DNA from: a virus
Taxonomy: Duplodnaviria; Caudoviricetes
Length of the DNA stretch: 39,811 bases
Strand: one strand, 5' to 3'
Virus record (IMG/VR): IMGVR_UViG_3300049136_000119
Location: 1-39,811 of that record
Part shown: positions 9,494-18,658 of the stretch, piece after piece
Layout: each line of letters starts with the position of its first letter
How positions within the stretch are numbered: position 1 is the stretch's first letter
Position numbers and translations under genes: made by a program
The notes under the pieces: generated by a model
The model's database searches: none
The model's input: the letters and a program-made list of their open reading frames with translations, nothing else
What the model was told of the DNA's origin: nothing

Positions 9494-9895
9494 TCAGGGA
9501 TGCACGGTGACCGTGGCCGTCAGGCGGGCACGGTGAAGCACGGGTGCGTAATCGGCGTCGAGTTCGGTGGCGAGTGACGTGACGGTGGAAGCGGTCACGA
9601 CGCCACCGGGGCGCGTACCTGGCAGGCGCTCTGTAAGCGCCGCGACGAGGCACCGGGCCACGTCGGTCACCTGGAGCTGGCGTTCAGCCCAGGCATCGAT
9701 CTGGAGGTCGGCGTGGTCCAGCCACGCCAGGCCGGGCACGCGTCGGTCGGGGGCTCCGCCCCAACGCACCACGCGCACCAGCGGGAAGGTCTTCTCCTTA
9801 GGGAGGACGGTGAAGACGCGGTCGCCGACCAGAGCGGCCAGGTCCGCGTCGTCCATGAGGGCGTCGGTAACGAGGCGCAGGGCGTCAGCGGTCAC
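9494..9895 (-). CDS. Tail terminator (DUF3168-like)
   Basis: LAALVGDRV, LQIDAWA motifs; GTGA coupling at 9892-9895; position. Confidence 0.78.
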   Translation of the reverse strand: MTADALRLVTDALMDDADLAALVGDRVFTVLPKEKTFPLVRVVRWGGAPDRRVPGLAWLDHADLQIDAWAERQLQVTDVARCLVAALTERLPGTRPGGVVTASTVTSLATELDADYAPVLHRARLTATVTVHP

Positions 9896-10215
9896 CGGCT
9901 CTCCACCCGCAGTCCGACCGATTGCGCCGCGCGGCTGAGTGGGCGGGTGGTCGGGGTGTGGACGGACCCGAACTCCCACAAGTGCGCCAGGCTCCAGCGG
10001 GACCCGACACGGACAGCCACGGTCGGCCCGTCCAGTGCTGGGCGCGTCTGGGTGACCCCTCGTCGGAAGGCGCGGGTGCGGTGCCGTCCTGGAAGCTCCG
10101 AAGCGCGGGCGGCCAGCGCCACACGGCGGGCGGCCAGCGCCAGCTCCGGCCCCATCAGCGACACGTTGCGGCTCAGCCGGTCGATGGCCCGGCGGTCGAG
10201 GTCGATGCGCGCCAC
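9892..10215 (-). CDS. HK97 gp10-like neck/tail completion protein
   Basis: AHLWEFGS.HTP..RPL..A motif; position. Confidence 0.72.
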   Translation of the reverse strand: MARIDLDRRAIDRLSRNVSLMGPELALAARRVALAARASELPGRHRTRAFRRGVTQTRPALDGPTVAVRVGSRWSLAHLWEFGSVHTPTTRPLSRAAQSVGLRVESR

Positions 10216-10216
10216 G

Positions 10217-10543
10217 TCAGCTCGCCTCCTCAAGGGCCGCCTCGATGTGCGTCGCCGCCCCTGTGAACAGGTCTTGCGGAACGAGTGGATCGACGGTGAC
10301 CACGTAGACCCGGCCGCCCCACTCGACCCGGTCCCCGCGCTCTAGGAGCACGTCAGGTCCAGCGACCAGCGTCCAGCGGGCGCGCCCCACGGTGCCGTCG
10401 TCGGTGGCGGTGCCGCGCTCGGCGGACATGTACACGTCGGCCTCGGAGAGAACCCAGTCCAGAACCTCGTTGCCGTAGGCGTCGCGGCCGATGACGGCGC
10501 GGTGGCGGACCTCCACACGGTGCGGGGTCATCAGCGGCATCAT
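10217..10543 (-). CDS. Head-to-tail stopper
   Basis: DAYGN, DRVEW.G..Y.V..DP, THIEA.L motifs; ATGA coupling. Confidence 0.75.
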   Translation of the reverse strand: MMPLMTPHRVEVRHRAVIGRDAYGNEVLDWVLSEADVYMSAERGTATDDGTVGRARWTLVAGPDVLLERGDRVEWGGRVYVVTVDPLVPQDLFTGAATHIEAALEEAS

Positions 10544-10962
10544 GCGGCATCACCTCCGGTGTCGAGAGGCCGGCGGGGCGGACGGTCGCCCACGTAGGGA
10601 CGGCGGGAAGGCGTGCGGACGGAGTAGGCCGACGCCCGGCCGTAGGCAGCGCGCAGCACGTCGATGTCGGCCTGGGCGAGCACCGGTCCCGCCCCGCCGT
10701 GCCCGGCCATCGCTCCCGCGGTGAAGCTGACCGTCCCGGCCCGGTAGTTCGCCACACCGGCCGGGTTGTAGACGCACCGCGACACCGCAGCCGCGAGGAT
10801 CGCGTGCGCCCCCGGGGCAAGGTCGGCGGGGTCCAGCTCAGGCACGTACTGGGCCGCGCGCGCCACGGCGTCAGCGATCCACGCCCGCACCTGCGCCTCA
10901 AGCGAACCGGTGAGGGTGCGTCCGGTGCGCGCGGCGATGTCGTTCACGGTCAGCGGCGGCAT
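10540..10962 (-). CDS. Head-to-tail adaptor (Gp19/Gp15-like)
   Basis: DIAARTGR.L, V.R...NP.G motifs; follows capsid gene. Confidence 0.72.
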   Translation of the reverse strand: MPPLTVNDIAARTGRTLTGSLEAQVRAWIADAVARAAQYVPELDPADLAPGAHAILAAAVSRCVYNPAGVANYRAGTVSFTAGAMAGHGGAGPVLAQADIDVLRAAYGRASAYSVRTPSRRPYVGDRPPRRPLDTGGDAA

Positions 10963-10965
10963 CGG

Positions 10966-11928
10966 CTACGCCGCCTTCTTGCGGGTGCGCGCGGTGGAGG
11001 CCGGAGCGCTGAGGGCCTGGCCCTCGGGCGGGGTCGTGCCACCGTCCGGGCTGATGACCAACCCCAGATACAGGGTGTCGGTGGTGGGGTTGGCGGCGTG
11101 GTTGATCAGGTCGGTCCCGATCAACGTGTCGAAGGAGACGATGCGCTGCTTGGTGCGCAGCTCATAACCCTGAATCGTGCGGATCGCCCAGCCCTCGAAG
11201 GACTGGCCCGACGCGGAGACGCCCGTACTCGGGTTGGACAGCGCCCGGGACGCGAGCGCGACGGCTTCCCGGTGGAAGGCGTAGCCCACATCCGCCCGGG
11301 GCACCTTGGAGTACTCGTAGGTGTCGAAGCCCATGATCCGGCCGATAAAGGCTTCCCTCAGGGCGGCGCCGCCATTGCCGGAAGCGTCGGCGCGCCGGAT
11401 GATCTCGTTGTTCAGAAGCCGCTGGGCGGACTCCGGGGAGAGCACCATGACCCGCCCGGATTCTGGGACGCCGAGCCGGTTCATGCGCATACGGGCTTCG
11501 GTGAAGGTGTTGAGGACGTCGGTGTCGTCCCAGGCCGGTCCGGCGGGCAGCCCGTCCATGGTGGAGATGACGAGCTGGTCCATCGCGTCGGCGATGCCCG
11601 TCATGGACGGCGTGATCACCTGCTCCGACAGCGACCGCAGGTCGAGCAGCATCTCCTCATCAGTGATGACCACCGAGATGTCGTAGATGTCGTCCAGGCT
11701 GATCTGGATGCCGTACTCGGTGATGTCCTGTGGCTGGATGCCCTCGGCCCTGTTGAACCGGCGCGGGGTGAAGGTGGGCGGGCGGCGGATGGTCAAGGTG
11801 TCGCCGGTTCCGCCGCCGTACTCGGTCTCAGCGTTGCGCCAGACGAGCCCGGCCATGACGGTGCGGTTGCGCAGCGCGCTCAGGCTGGCGCGCGCGATGA
11901 CTTCGGGGTTGAGAAAGGTGTGCGCCAC
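10966..11928 (-). CDS. Major capsid protein (P22-coat-like family)
   Basis: GTG 11928 with GGAGG RBS; GDTLTIRRP, IGRIMGFD.Y, AFHREA.ALASR.L, SFDTL.G motifs. Confidence 0.88.
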   Translation of the reverse strand: MAHTFLNPEVIARASLSALRNRTVMAGLVWRNAETEYGGGTGDTLTIRRPPTFTPRRFNRAEGIQPQDITEYGIQISLDDIYDISVVITDEEMLLDLRSLSEQVITPSMTGIADAMDQLVISTMDGLPAGPAWDDTDVLNTFTEARMRMNRLGVPESGRVMVLSPESAQRLLNNEIIRRADASGNGGAALREAFIGRIMGFDTYEYSKVPRADVGYAFHREAVALASRALSNPSTGVSASGQSFEGWAIRTIQGYELRTKQRIVSFDTLIGTDLINHAANPTTDTLYLGLVISPDGGTTPPEGQALSAPASTARTRKKAA

Positions 11929-12035
11929 GGGTGGCACTCCTCCGGTGACATGGTGAGCGGATGTCTCCGCGCGCACCTGGCGTCGCGTCAGGGGGTGCCG
12001 CACCTGGCGGCAGGTGGTGTGTCAGGGGCCGGTCG

Positions 12036-12611
12036 TCAGCCCGCAGTGAAGCCGAGTTCCTTGTCGAAGTCGGCCACCGAGTAGGACCCGAAGTCCTTGC
12101 CGCCGCCAGTACCGGTCACGCCGATCCCGGCCTCTTCGGCGGTCGGCGGGGCGGACACCTCCTCGGTGAGGTAGGGCTTGGCTTCGGCAATGGCGCGTAG
12201 CGCATCGCGTACGGCGTCGCGGTTGACCGTGCCGTCCTTGGCGGTCTCGATGTCGTCCAGGTCCACCAGGCGCACGGCGTCGGCGGGGTCGCGGAACCGA
12301 AGCTCGGCGGCGACGCCTCGTGCCTCGGCCTCGACCAGCAGCCGCGTGTACCGTTCGGCGGTGGCCTTCTCTGCCTCGGCCTTGGCGGTGGCCACGGCGC
12401 GCTCCAGCTCGGTCGCGTTGGCGGCTTCCAGCTCCGACAGCTTGGTCGCGGCCGGTTCCAGCTCGCGCACCTGGCTGCGGTAGCGCGCGTTCTCGCGGCG
12501 CAGCTTCTCGACGTAGGTCCGGCTGAACTCCGGTGCCTCGGTGGCGTCGGCAGTGTTCGCCTCCTGGCCCTCGTCGGTGGCCGGGGCGCCCTCGGGGGCG
12601 AGTTCGGACAC
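12036..12611 (-). CDS. Capsid scaffolding protein
   Basis: YVEKLRRENARYR, TELERA, F.DP.DA, AKPYL motifs; acidic coiled-coil; GAAAGGGG RBS. Confidence 0.82.
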   Translation of the reverse strand: MSELAPEGAPATDEGQEANTADATEAPEFSRTYVEKLRRENARYRSQVRELEPAATKLSELEAANATELERAVATAKAEAEKATAERYTRLLVEAEARGVAAELRFRDPADAVRLVDLDDIETAKDGTVNRDAVRDALRAIAEAKPYLTEEVSAPPTAEEAGIGVTGTGGGKDFGSYSVADFDKELGFTAG

Positions 12612-12717
12612 GAGCGTGTCCCCTTTCGGGTAGGTGGCTGTCCCCACTGGGGCAGCTCGGATGCGTGTATGAAAAAAGTGGGGTGTCAGTCCTGTGACAG
12701 GTGGGGCCACAGGCATG

Positions 12718-13731
12718 TCAGAGAGCGGCGGCTTCAGTGAGCCAGCCGTTACGAGCCAGCTCTTCGCGAAGCAGGTGAGGCTGGTGGGCGTACTGGGCAC
12801 GAATCCAGCGCAGCGATCGGCCGCGACCGCGCTCGTTGGCGTTGATCTCGCTCGGCTCGATTCCGAGCCTGCGAGCGGTGGCGCGGTCGGCGCGGGTGAT
12901 ACGGCGGGGCGGATCGTGGCGGCCCTGCACGATGGGCGAGACGGACGCCCCGTTCTCGATGGCCTCCGCGCCGGCGTCCCCGAACACCTCGCGACGCTCA
13001 GCCGGGGACAGGGAAGCGGCCAACTCATCCGGGTTGTGTTCGGTAGGAACACCGCCGATGACGCCCAGGCCGGGCACGTGATAGGTCGGAACATGCACGC
13101 ACCCCTCACACCGGGGATGGCGCGGGAACCCGTCGTCGTAGCGGTAGAACCGCCCGGCCAGAACCAGGCACCTGTCGCAGGCCGGGAGGGTGACGAGGCG
13201 TTCGTAACCGGTGATGCGATCGTCCAAGACCACGCCGGTGTTCATCACCTCACGGGCGGCGTCACCGACCTCCGTCGAGACGGTCCGCTCCAGCACCGGC
13301 CGGGACCGCGCCCACGCCACGTCCGGAGCCATGCCGCCCCAGATCATCGACCGGGCGGCGAGCTGGGCGTGGTCGAGGACATCGAGCAGATCCCGGCCGG
13401 TCTGGGACTTGCCCACGACCGCGGCTTCGACGTCCAGCACGGGCAGACCGGGAGCGTCGGGCACCTCCAACGCGTCAGCGTGCGCGGCGAGGTAGGCCAG
13501 CGCCAACAGAGCGGCGTCGCGCTGGGCATCGGCCAGGGCCTCCACCGCACGGGCGCGAACCTCGGACCACTGGGCGTCGATGCTGCGGTACGGGTCGATC
13601 TCCTCCCACAACAACAGGAGGAACGCCATCACCTCGGCGGCAATCGAGGTCTCAGCGGCGGCGAACCGCTGCGCGAGTGTGATCGCCGGACGTCCGCCGT
13701 AGCCGATCCGGCGCCGGTCGGCGGCGCGCAT
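12718..13731 (-). CDS. Capsid maturation / MuF-like minor head protein
   Basis: ACDRCLVLAGR...FPRHPRCEGCVHVP motif; between portal and scaffold. Confidence 0.72.
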   Translation of the reverse strand: MRAADRRRIGYGGRPAITLAQRFAAAETSIAAEVMAFLLLLWEEIDPYRSIDAQWSEVRARAVEALADAQRDAALLALAYLAAHADALEVPDAPGLPVLDVEAAVVGKSQTGRDLLDVLDHAQLAARSMIWGGMAPDVAWARSRPVLERTVSTEVGDAAREVMNTGVVLDDRITGYERLVTLPACDRCLVLAGRFYRYDDGFPRHPRCEGCVHVPTYHVPGLGVIGGVPTEHNPDELAASLSPAERREVFGDAGAEAIENGASVSPIVQGRHDPPRRITRADRATARRLGIEPSEINANERGRGRSLRWIRAQYAHQPHLLREELARNGWLTEAAAL

Positions 13732-15107
13732 CAGGCGGCCTCAGCGAGCGGAACCGCCTCGTCGGTCTCCTCGGGCAGCCGCGCGCCGAACAGCGCCCCG
13801 GAAGTCTGCGCGGCGACCGCGCGCTGGGAGGCGTCGGCCTGCATGCGCTTCCACCGGGCGATAGTCGCCGGGGACGCGCCATAGCGCTCCCACAGCGCTT
13901 CCTGCGGCAGGGCGATCGGAGGGGAACCGAGCTTGGTCAGGGCGTCCACGATCTGTCCCTCCGTGCGGGTGGAGGGGTCGGCCCACACCGGCTCACACGG
14001 GGTCTGCACGCGCCCTCCGGCGACGGCGATCAGATCCAGCACTCGGGACCACGCTTCCCCGGCGACGAGAAGCTTGCCCTGCACTTTGGAGACGAGCCCA
14101 GCCTCGGCGGCCTTGATGGCGTCGCCACTCAAGTTGACCAGTTGGCCGAGCAAGTAGTGCGGCGGAACCTGGCTGATGGCGGCGAGCTGACGAACGAGGC
14201 TGTCCAACACGGTGACGTAGTTGGCCAAGTTGGATTCGCTGAACTCGCCGAACTTGATGTCCGGGCTCTCACCGATCCAAAGCCTGTCCACAGCGCTGTT
14301 GAACGGCTCGATCGGGTGCCCGTCGTCGTCCTCGGGGATGGCCATACCTGTCGCCCAGCGCTGCCGATAGGCGCTGTAGACCATGGCCAGCTGCATGTTC
14401 AGGTTCGTCGCGTTGATGCGGTGCTGGATGGGTAGGAGCGGCGCGATCTCCGATGCCGTCTCGCCCAAGAGGTCGGGGTCGTTCGGAAACTCGACGAACG
14501 GCACACGGCCGAGCGGGTTGGGGATGCGGCCTTCCTCCCGCCACTGTCCCGCCCCGCTGGTGCGGATGTAGCGGACCACCGCTCGGGCGTCGTACAGGAA
14601 GGCGCGCTCAAGGGCTTCGCCTTCGGGTGTCTCGGCGGCGATCTTCTTCACCGCCCACACGGGTGTGAAGTCCAAGGCTTCGCGTTCGACGTACACCCGC
14701 AGCGGCGACTCGCCCCGGATGAGCGGGGTGGACGGGTCGGCGGCGTTGGGCCATACCGACACGAACGCGCGTCCCAGCTTCAGGCTCTCGGTGTAGATCT
14801 GCGACTGGACGGCCATCATGCGGTTGGCCTCCAGGATGCGCCATGCCTCCAGGTCCCCGGCCTGGTTGCCCTTGCCTCGGATTCCCTCCAGGCGCATCCT
14901 CTCGGCGAGGGCTTCCACGACCAGGCGCAGCCACGCGGACGTCGCGTTCTCGGCGAGCTTCTTGTACTCGGCCTTCGCCTTTCGGGGCACGTACGGTTCG
15001 TCCTGGTCCCCGCGGTAGTGCCGGTCGAGCATCTCCAGGGTGTCGCGTTCGGCCTCCAGACGCTCCAGGCCGCGATGAAGGCGGCGGTCTTCGGGCACGA
15101 CGATCAC
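13731..15107 (-). CDS. Portal protein (SPP1 gp6-like)
   Basis: HY.G.Q, NPLGRVPFV.F.N, QRWATG, NLSGDAIKAAE.GLV.K motifs. Confidence 0.92.
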   Translation of the reverse strand: MIVVPEDRRLHRGLERLEAERDTLEMLDRHYRGDQDEPYVPRKAKAEYKKLAENATSAWLRLVVEALAERMRLEGIRGKGNQAGDLEAWRILEANRMMAVQSQIYTESLKLGRAFVSVWPNAADPSTPLIRGESPLRVYVEREALDFTPVWAVKKIAAETPEGEALERAFLYDARAVVRYIRTSGAGQWREEGRIPNPLGRVPFVEFPNDPDLLGETASEIAPLLPIQHRINATNLNMQLAMVYSAYRQRWATGMAIPEDDDGHPIEPFNSAVDRLWIGESPDIKFGEFSESNLANYVTVLDSLVRQLAAISQVPPHYLLGQLVNLSGDAIKAAEAGLVSKVQGKLLVAGEAWSRVLDLIAVAGGRVQTPCEPVWADPSTRTEGQIVDALTKLGSPPIALPQEALWERYGASPATIARWKRMQADASQRAVAAQTSGALFGARLPEETDEAVPLAEAA

Positions 15108-15134
15108 CGCCTTCGGGCGTTGGTCTGGGTGAGG

Positions 15135-16787
15135 TCAGAAGCCGACAACTCGGCCGGATCTCGGCTTGGGGCGGGCGCGGGTGCGCCAGGAGGAGACCGC
15201 CATCGCGGCCGTCAGGACGGCGTCGATCCGCTTGGACTTGCCACCCCGGCGTGGCTTGATGGGCTTGATCAGCTCGGGGTCGTCCGTGCCACGCTTGACC
15301 TCGACCGCATCGAAGCACCAGCGGGCGACGGGGTTGCCGTGGTGGAGAAGAGCCCTGGTCTTGAGGACGGCCATCAGCTCGTTCATGCCGGGGCTGAGCC
15401 CGGCGAAGGTCTGCGGGACGGGGACCAGCTCGACGCTGGGGCCGAGCCGGTTGCCGAGTTCCTGAACCGCGGGTTCCCCGCTCCAGGGGTCATAGGCGAT
15501 CTCGGCGAGGGTGACGGTGGCGGCGTCGGCGGCGATGTCGGCGTACACCTGCTGGTAATCGAGGACGTCGCCTTCGGTGACGGTGAGCCAGCCGTCGCGC
15601 ATCCACGCCTCAGCGGCTCCGGCGGTGGTCTGGACGAGAGCGGGCATGGCGGCCTCGGGCACCCAGTGCCGCCACCGGATGTCAGCGGTGCCGTCAGGGC
15701 GGGGCACCACCACCGACCACGAGGTCAAGTCGAGCTTGGCGGCGAGGTCCAGACCACCGAAGGCGCGCGGCCGGCCGCTGGGCATCCGCCAGTCGGGCAC
15801 CGGCCAGATGTCCCCGGTGGCCCCGTCGTAGAGGTCCATCGGAATCCATCTGGACGCCTGTGACACCCACTGGTTCAAGCGGTACTGCCGGAAGACGTTC
15901 TCCTTACTGGGGTCCTCGCGCGCCTCAGCCGCTTCCTCGCGGAGGGTCTGAAGCGACAGGAAGTCGCCGAGCGCAGGGTTCGCCTCGGCCCACCGGGACT
16001 CGTCCCAGGGGTCGGCGTCGGCGGGCAACTCGGCGACGAACGCGAATCGGTGCGGCGCGCGCTTGGGGTTCTCGATGACCCTCTTGGCCTCGCTGTACTC
16101 GCTGTACGCGAAGCTGTCCCTGTCGTTGCCCGCCGTGGTGATCGCCAGCATGAGCGGCTGCGTCCGGGTACCGGCGCCGGTACGCATCGCGTCCCACAGC
16201 GAGCTGTCCGGCGCGGTCAGCAGCTCGTCATGGATGTAGCCATGCGGGTTGTGGCCCAAGTTGCCCGACGCGTCGCTCGCGATCACCTCGTAGTACGAAC
16301 CGGTCTGCTCGTCCACGATCCGCTTGGCGTGCGCCTTGACGACCAGGCGCTGAGACAGCACGGGCGACAACCGGACCATTCTCGCGGCGACGTCGAACAC
16401 TTTCCGGGCCTGGTCCCTGTCGCTGGCGGCACCGTAGATCTCGGCACCCTCCTCGCCGTCCGCGACGAGCAGGTACAGGGCGACACCAGCGGCAAGCTCC
16501 GATTTACCGCACTTGCGGGCCATGGACACATACGCGATCCGGTACCGGCGCACGTAGCACTCGGCCTGGTCGTCCCAGCGGACCTCTGAGAAAAGCGGTC
16601 GGAGGATGCGGTGTTCCTGCCAGTCGGCGAGGAGGAAAGGCGTGCGCGCCCACCTGGCCTTGGTGTGGACGAGCAATTCCGTGAAGAAGGCGACGATGTG
16701 ATCCCCGCGCGGGACGCAGGCGTGTTCGCCGCGCTTGTCGCAGGTGAGGCCGTCCAACGTGTACCCGCACACCGGGGGCCGAGCCAT
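15135..16787 (-). CDS. terL: Terminase large subunit (Terminase_1 type)
   Basis: Walker A ARKCGKS, Walker B IHDEL, ITTAG, ANPALG, GLDLA and RIDAV nuclease motifs. Confidence 0.95.
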   Translation of the reverse strand: MARPPVCGYTLDGLTCDKRGEHACVPRGDHIVAFFTELLVHTKARWARTPFLLADWQEHRILRPLFSEVRWDDQAECYVRRYRIAYVSMARKCGKSELAAGVALYLLVADGEEGAEIYGAASDRDQARKVFDVAARMVRLSPVLSQRLVVKAHAKRIVDEQTGSYYEVIASDASGNLGHNPHGYIHDELLTAPDSSLWDAMRTGAGTRTQPLMLAITTAGNDRDSFAYSEYSEAKRVIENPKRAPHRFAFVAELPADADPWDESRWAEANPALGDFLSLQTLREEAAEAREDPSKENVFRQYRLNQWVSQASRWIPMDLYDGATGDIWPVPDWRMPSGRPRAFGGLDLAAKLDLTSWSVVVPRPDGTADIRWRHWVPEAAMPALVQTTAGAAEAWMRDGWLTVTEGDVLDYQQVYADIAADAATVTLAEIAYDPWSGEPAVQELGNRLGPSVELVPVPQTFAGLSPGMNELMAVLKTRALLHHGNPVARWCFDAVEVKRGTDDPELIKPIKPRRGGKSKRIDAVLTAAMAVSSWRTRARPKPRSGRVVGF

Positions 16788-16835
16788 GCGCCGATACCTC
16801 CCATGACAAGGTCATCGGATGACACCGGGCGCAAC

Positions 16836-17288
16836 TCAGCCCAGCAGACGGGCGGCGTGGTCCTGGAACCCGTGGTCGCTGGTGAAGTTCACCCGAGCCG
16901 CGGGAGTCAGACCGAACTCGCGAGCCAACAGGAGCATGGTTCGCGACGCCTCCCGCTGGATGCGAACGGCCGGGTTCGTCCTCAGATCGCCGTCCCTGTC
17001 CTTGATCAGCGGCCCGGCGCGCTGGACCAGAACCGACGCCTGAGCGTGCAGCCGGACGGCCTCGACGTAGGCGTGGAGCTGGTGACGGTCGGGCCGGGTC
17101 GCCAGCCCCATCGCATCCAGCTCGGCCACGACCTCGTCCCACAGGGCGCGGGTCGCCTCATCCAAGCCCTCGGGCGGCTCGGGAAGGCCGACCGCCGGTT
17201 GCGGCTCGGAGGTGTTGATCCGGTGGGGCCGTTCCCCGTGCAGCACTCGGAGCTTGGTCGGCTTGGGGGCGGGACCTCGACGGCCCAT
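16836..17288 (-). CDS. terS: Terminase small subunit, P27 family
   Basis: MGRRGPAPKPT.L..L.G, NPA, EFGLTPAAR signature. Confidence 0.92.
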   Translation of the reverse strand: MGRRGPAPKPTKLRVLHGERPHRINTSEPQPAVGLPEPPEGLDEATRALWDEVVAELDAMGLATRPDRHQLHAYVEAVRLHAQASVLVQRAGPLIKDRDGDLRTNPAVRIQREASRTMLLLAREFGLTPAARVNFTSDHGFQDHAARLLG

Positions 17289-17301
17289 CGACCTCACCCC
17301 C

Positions 17302-18207
17302 TCACTTGGTGGCGGAGCGCGCGTTGCGCACGTCGGCGAGCGCGAGCGCCTTGGCGTGCTCCTCGGCGGCAGAGCCGCAGGTGTTCATCCGCTCGCGGTA
17401 GTAGGCCACGACGGAGATGCGCTCGGCCCCGCAGCACGTCAGCATGCGGTCGTTCTTCTCGCCGTGCGGGCAGGTCATCATTGTGTTGCAGTGCCACTGG
17501 TGGGCGTCCATGAGGATGAGGTCGCCGTCGTGGAGGTCGGCCGCGACGCCGTACTCGGGGAAGACCAGGCGGCCACCGTCGTAGTCCCCGCGGCGCAGGA
17601 CTCCCAGGCACGAGAACCCCTCGGCGAGATCGCCGCTGTCCTTGTGGCCACCGGTCGGGTAGCTGTTGTTGACGGTGATGGTGCTGTACACCGTGCCGGG
17701 CACGATCCAGTCCGGCTGGGTGTCGGCGACCCGGGCGGCCTGCGCGGCGTAGCGGTCCGGGACGTGCTCGCCGAAGGCCGTGCTCATCGCCTCCAGCAGC
17801 GGACGCAGCGTGGTGAACTCCGGGATATGGTCCCCGGTCCAGGCGGTCAGGCGGCAGTAGCGCTGTGTCCCGGCCTTCTCGACAGAGCCGACGATCGCGG
17901 AGCTGACGGCCTTGGCGCGCGTCCAGGACTGGCCCTTGATCTTCATGCGTCGCGTCCCGCTGGCCGCGCCCCGGTTGTTGGTCTTGATGCCCTTCAAGCT
18001 GTGCAGGGTGTCGTAGATGTCGGTGTGCTTGTCCAGGACCCCGGTCAGGTGGCCGGGCAGGTACACGCACAGGGGACGGCCGTCCGGCATGAGCACCCGT
18101 GTCGCCCCGGTGAGCAGAACCCCGTAGGACTCCTCCGTGGGCAGCCGCCCCTCGTGGGCCGCGACGGTGTCAGGGTGGGCGCGACTGCGAAGCCGCATCT
18201 CGATCAC
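17302..18207 (-). CDS. TET/JBP-family 2OG-Fe(II) methylpyrimidine dioxygenase
   Basis: STITVN.SYPTGGHKDSGD (HxD), GG.LVFPEY, MDAHQWHCNT (distal His), RISVVAYYRE (RxS) as in phage TET/JBP proteins. Confidence 0.88.
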   Translation of the reverse strand: MIEMRLRSRAHPDTVAAHEGRLPTEESYGVLLTGATRVLMPDGRPLCVYLPGHLTGVLDKHTDIYDTLHSLKGIKTNNRGAASGTRRMKIKGQSWTRAKAVSSAIVGSVEKAGTQRYCRLTAWTGDHIPEFTTLRPLLEAMSTAFGEHVPDRYAAQAARVADTQPDWIVPGTVYSTITVNNSYPTGGHKDSGDLAEGFSCLGVLRRGDYDGGRLVFPEYGVAADLHDGDLILMDAHQWHCNTMMTCPHGEKNDRMLTCCGAERISVVAYYRERMNTCGSAAEEHAKALALADVRNARSATK

Positions 18208-18635
18208 GCTTCACCTCCGCTCATGGCGTCCACGATCTCCAGCCGAGTGCAGGGCAGTTCCACCCCCACCGAGGGCATGTCGTCGCGGCGCACGACGGTG
18301 GACACCGAGTCGGCGCCGACGTACCACGGGAACTCCACACCGTCGATGGTGAGAGTGAACGTGCTGCCCGCGCGTTCCAACCGGATCACCTCCGGCAGGT
18401 GCGGCTCGGTCACGGGCTCCTCGACCCACTCCAAGCGGGTGGAGCCGTCATGGCCGTGGACCGCCAGCGCCGAGTCCAGGTCGGGCCACACGACCGTGGA
18501 CGCGTGCTCGCTGAGCCAGCGCACGGCCACGGTGCCGTCCCCCCACCGGATGCCCTCGGCCACGGCTCCGGTACCGCTGAAACCGGTGTCGTCGGTCTCG
18601 CGCAGCAGCACAAACCGGCGATGCTTGGACTGCAT
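18204..18635 (-). CDS. Conserved actinophage hypothetical protein (F.L.R..D.TG.SGTG.VAEG..W.DG domain)
   Basis: GGAGG RBS at 18640-18644; GTGA-coupled to the TET gene. Confidence 0.7.
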   Translation of the reverse strand: MQSKHRRFVLLRETDDTGFSGTGAVAEGIRWGDGTVAVRWLSEHASTVVWPDLDSALAVHGHDGSTRLEWVEEPVTEPHLPEVIRLERAGSTFTLTIDGVEFPWYVGADSVSTVVRRDDMPSVGVELPCTRLEIVDAMSGGEA

Positions 18636-18658
18636 CAATCCTCCAGATTTGATTCCAT

